A stretch of 63,776 nt of DNA, counting the filler, from Chiloscyllium plagiosum (Eukaryota), in the NCBI RefSeq assembly GCF_004010195.1. It is 4 parts of one record of this genome, joined end to end, with 100 filler letters (N's around TTAATTAATTAA, not from the genome) between each part and the next. Parts side by side here need not be neighbours in the genome. Positions count along the whole stretch, not along the records: positions 58,716 to 63,776 come from NC_057714.1; 3 more parts are not named here. The stretch is one strand, 5' to 3'. Positions 62,928 to 63,776 of the stretch are shown piece after piece. The notes beneath the pieces were generated by a model. The model did no database searches and was not told the DNA's origin. It was given only the letters and a program-made list of their open reading frames with translations. The stretch's first letter is position 1. Each line of letters opens with the position of its first letter. Made by a program: the position numbers and the translations under genes.

Positions 62928-63776
62928 ATAATAGAAGTGCAATGTTCCTCTTGCAACATGTTTGAGGTGAGGGATGCCATGGACGTCCCTGCTGATTACA
63001 CTTGCAGGAAGTGCACCCATCTCCAGCTCCTCCAAGACCGTGTTAGGGAACTGGAGCTGGAGTTGGATGAACTTAGGAACATTCGGGAGGCAGAGGGGGA
63101 TCATAGATCGGAGCTTTAGGGAAGTAGTAACTCCAAAGATGAAAGATAGATGGGTGACAGTGAGGGGGACTGGGAGGAAGCAGCCAGTGCAGGGAACCCC
63201 TGCGGCCGTTCCCCTAAAGAACAAGTATACCGTTTTGGATACTTGTGGGGGGGACGACTTACCAGGGGCAAGTAACGGGGCACAGGCCTCTGGCACGGAG
63301 CCTGTCCCCGTTACTCAGAAGGGAAGGGCGAAGAAGAGCAGAGCAGTAGTAATTGGGGACTCGATAGTTCGTGGCACAGATAGGCGGTTTTGTGGGAACG
63401 AGAGAGACTCACGTTTGGTATGTTGCCTCCCAGGTGCAAGGGTACGTGATGTCTCTGATCGTGTTTTCCGGGTCCTGGAGGGGGAGGGGGAGCAACCCGA
63501 AGTCGTGGTCCACATTGCCACCAACGACATAGGTAGGAGGAGTGCCGAGGATGTCAGACAGGCTTTCAGGGAGCTAGGTTGGAAGCTCAGAGTTAGAACG
63601 AACAGAGTTGGTGTCTCTGGTTTGTTACCCGTGCCACGTGATAGAGAGTCGAGGAATAGGGAGAGAGAACAGTTAAATGCGTGGCTACAGGGATGGTGCA
63701 GGAGGGAGGGATTCCGGTTTTTGGATAACTGGGGTTCTTTCTGGGGAAGGTGGGACCTCTATAAACAGGATGGACT
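62928..63776 (+). mobile_element. CR1 LINE ORF1 (zinc finger, coiled coil, SGNH esterase); runs off the window
   Basis: CSSCNMFE...CRKCTHLQLL...LELELDEL; VIGDSIVR, CLPGARV, VHIATNDI, SGLLPVP, DNWGSFWGRWDLY. Confidence 0.9.

Overview
Eukaryotic, repeat-rich vertebrate DNA, most likely a shark (cartilaginous fish), judged from HE1-type V-SINEs and HER1/CR1 LINEs. The window is four segments joined by artificial 100-nt spacers (N44-TTAATTAATTAA-N44), plus two ordinary N gaps. Host genes: a complete single-exon OTUD1 deubiquitinase (7759-8997, +) with a CpG-island CRE/MEF2/TATA promoter, and the last three (probably four) coding exons plus 3' UTR of KIAA1217/Sickle tail (25556-30866, +). The rest is mostly decayed retroelements: CR1, L1, Rex1, Penelope-like elements with hammerhead ribozyme cores, a Gypsy LTR element and Tx1-clade LINEs. 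The most striking structure is a ~4-kb array (50527-54539) inside the 5' LTR of the Gypsy element. About 17-19 exact or degenerate copies of a 14-nt target (ATAAACAGGAGAGT, the LTR's TATA-like site) alternate with poly(A)-tailed, variably truncated LINE 3' ends and captured foreign RNAs. This looks like a target-site-specific retrotransposon that repeatedly parasitises an LTR promoter. Also notable: a U2 snRNA-Keno(Tx1) chimera with no U2 promoter, two CR1 copies carrying inverted templated copies of their own downstream sequence, and an OTUD1 TATA box placed so that transcripts may skip the first ATG. Family assignments come from motif recognition only; no database search was run, and repeat boundaries are approximate.
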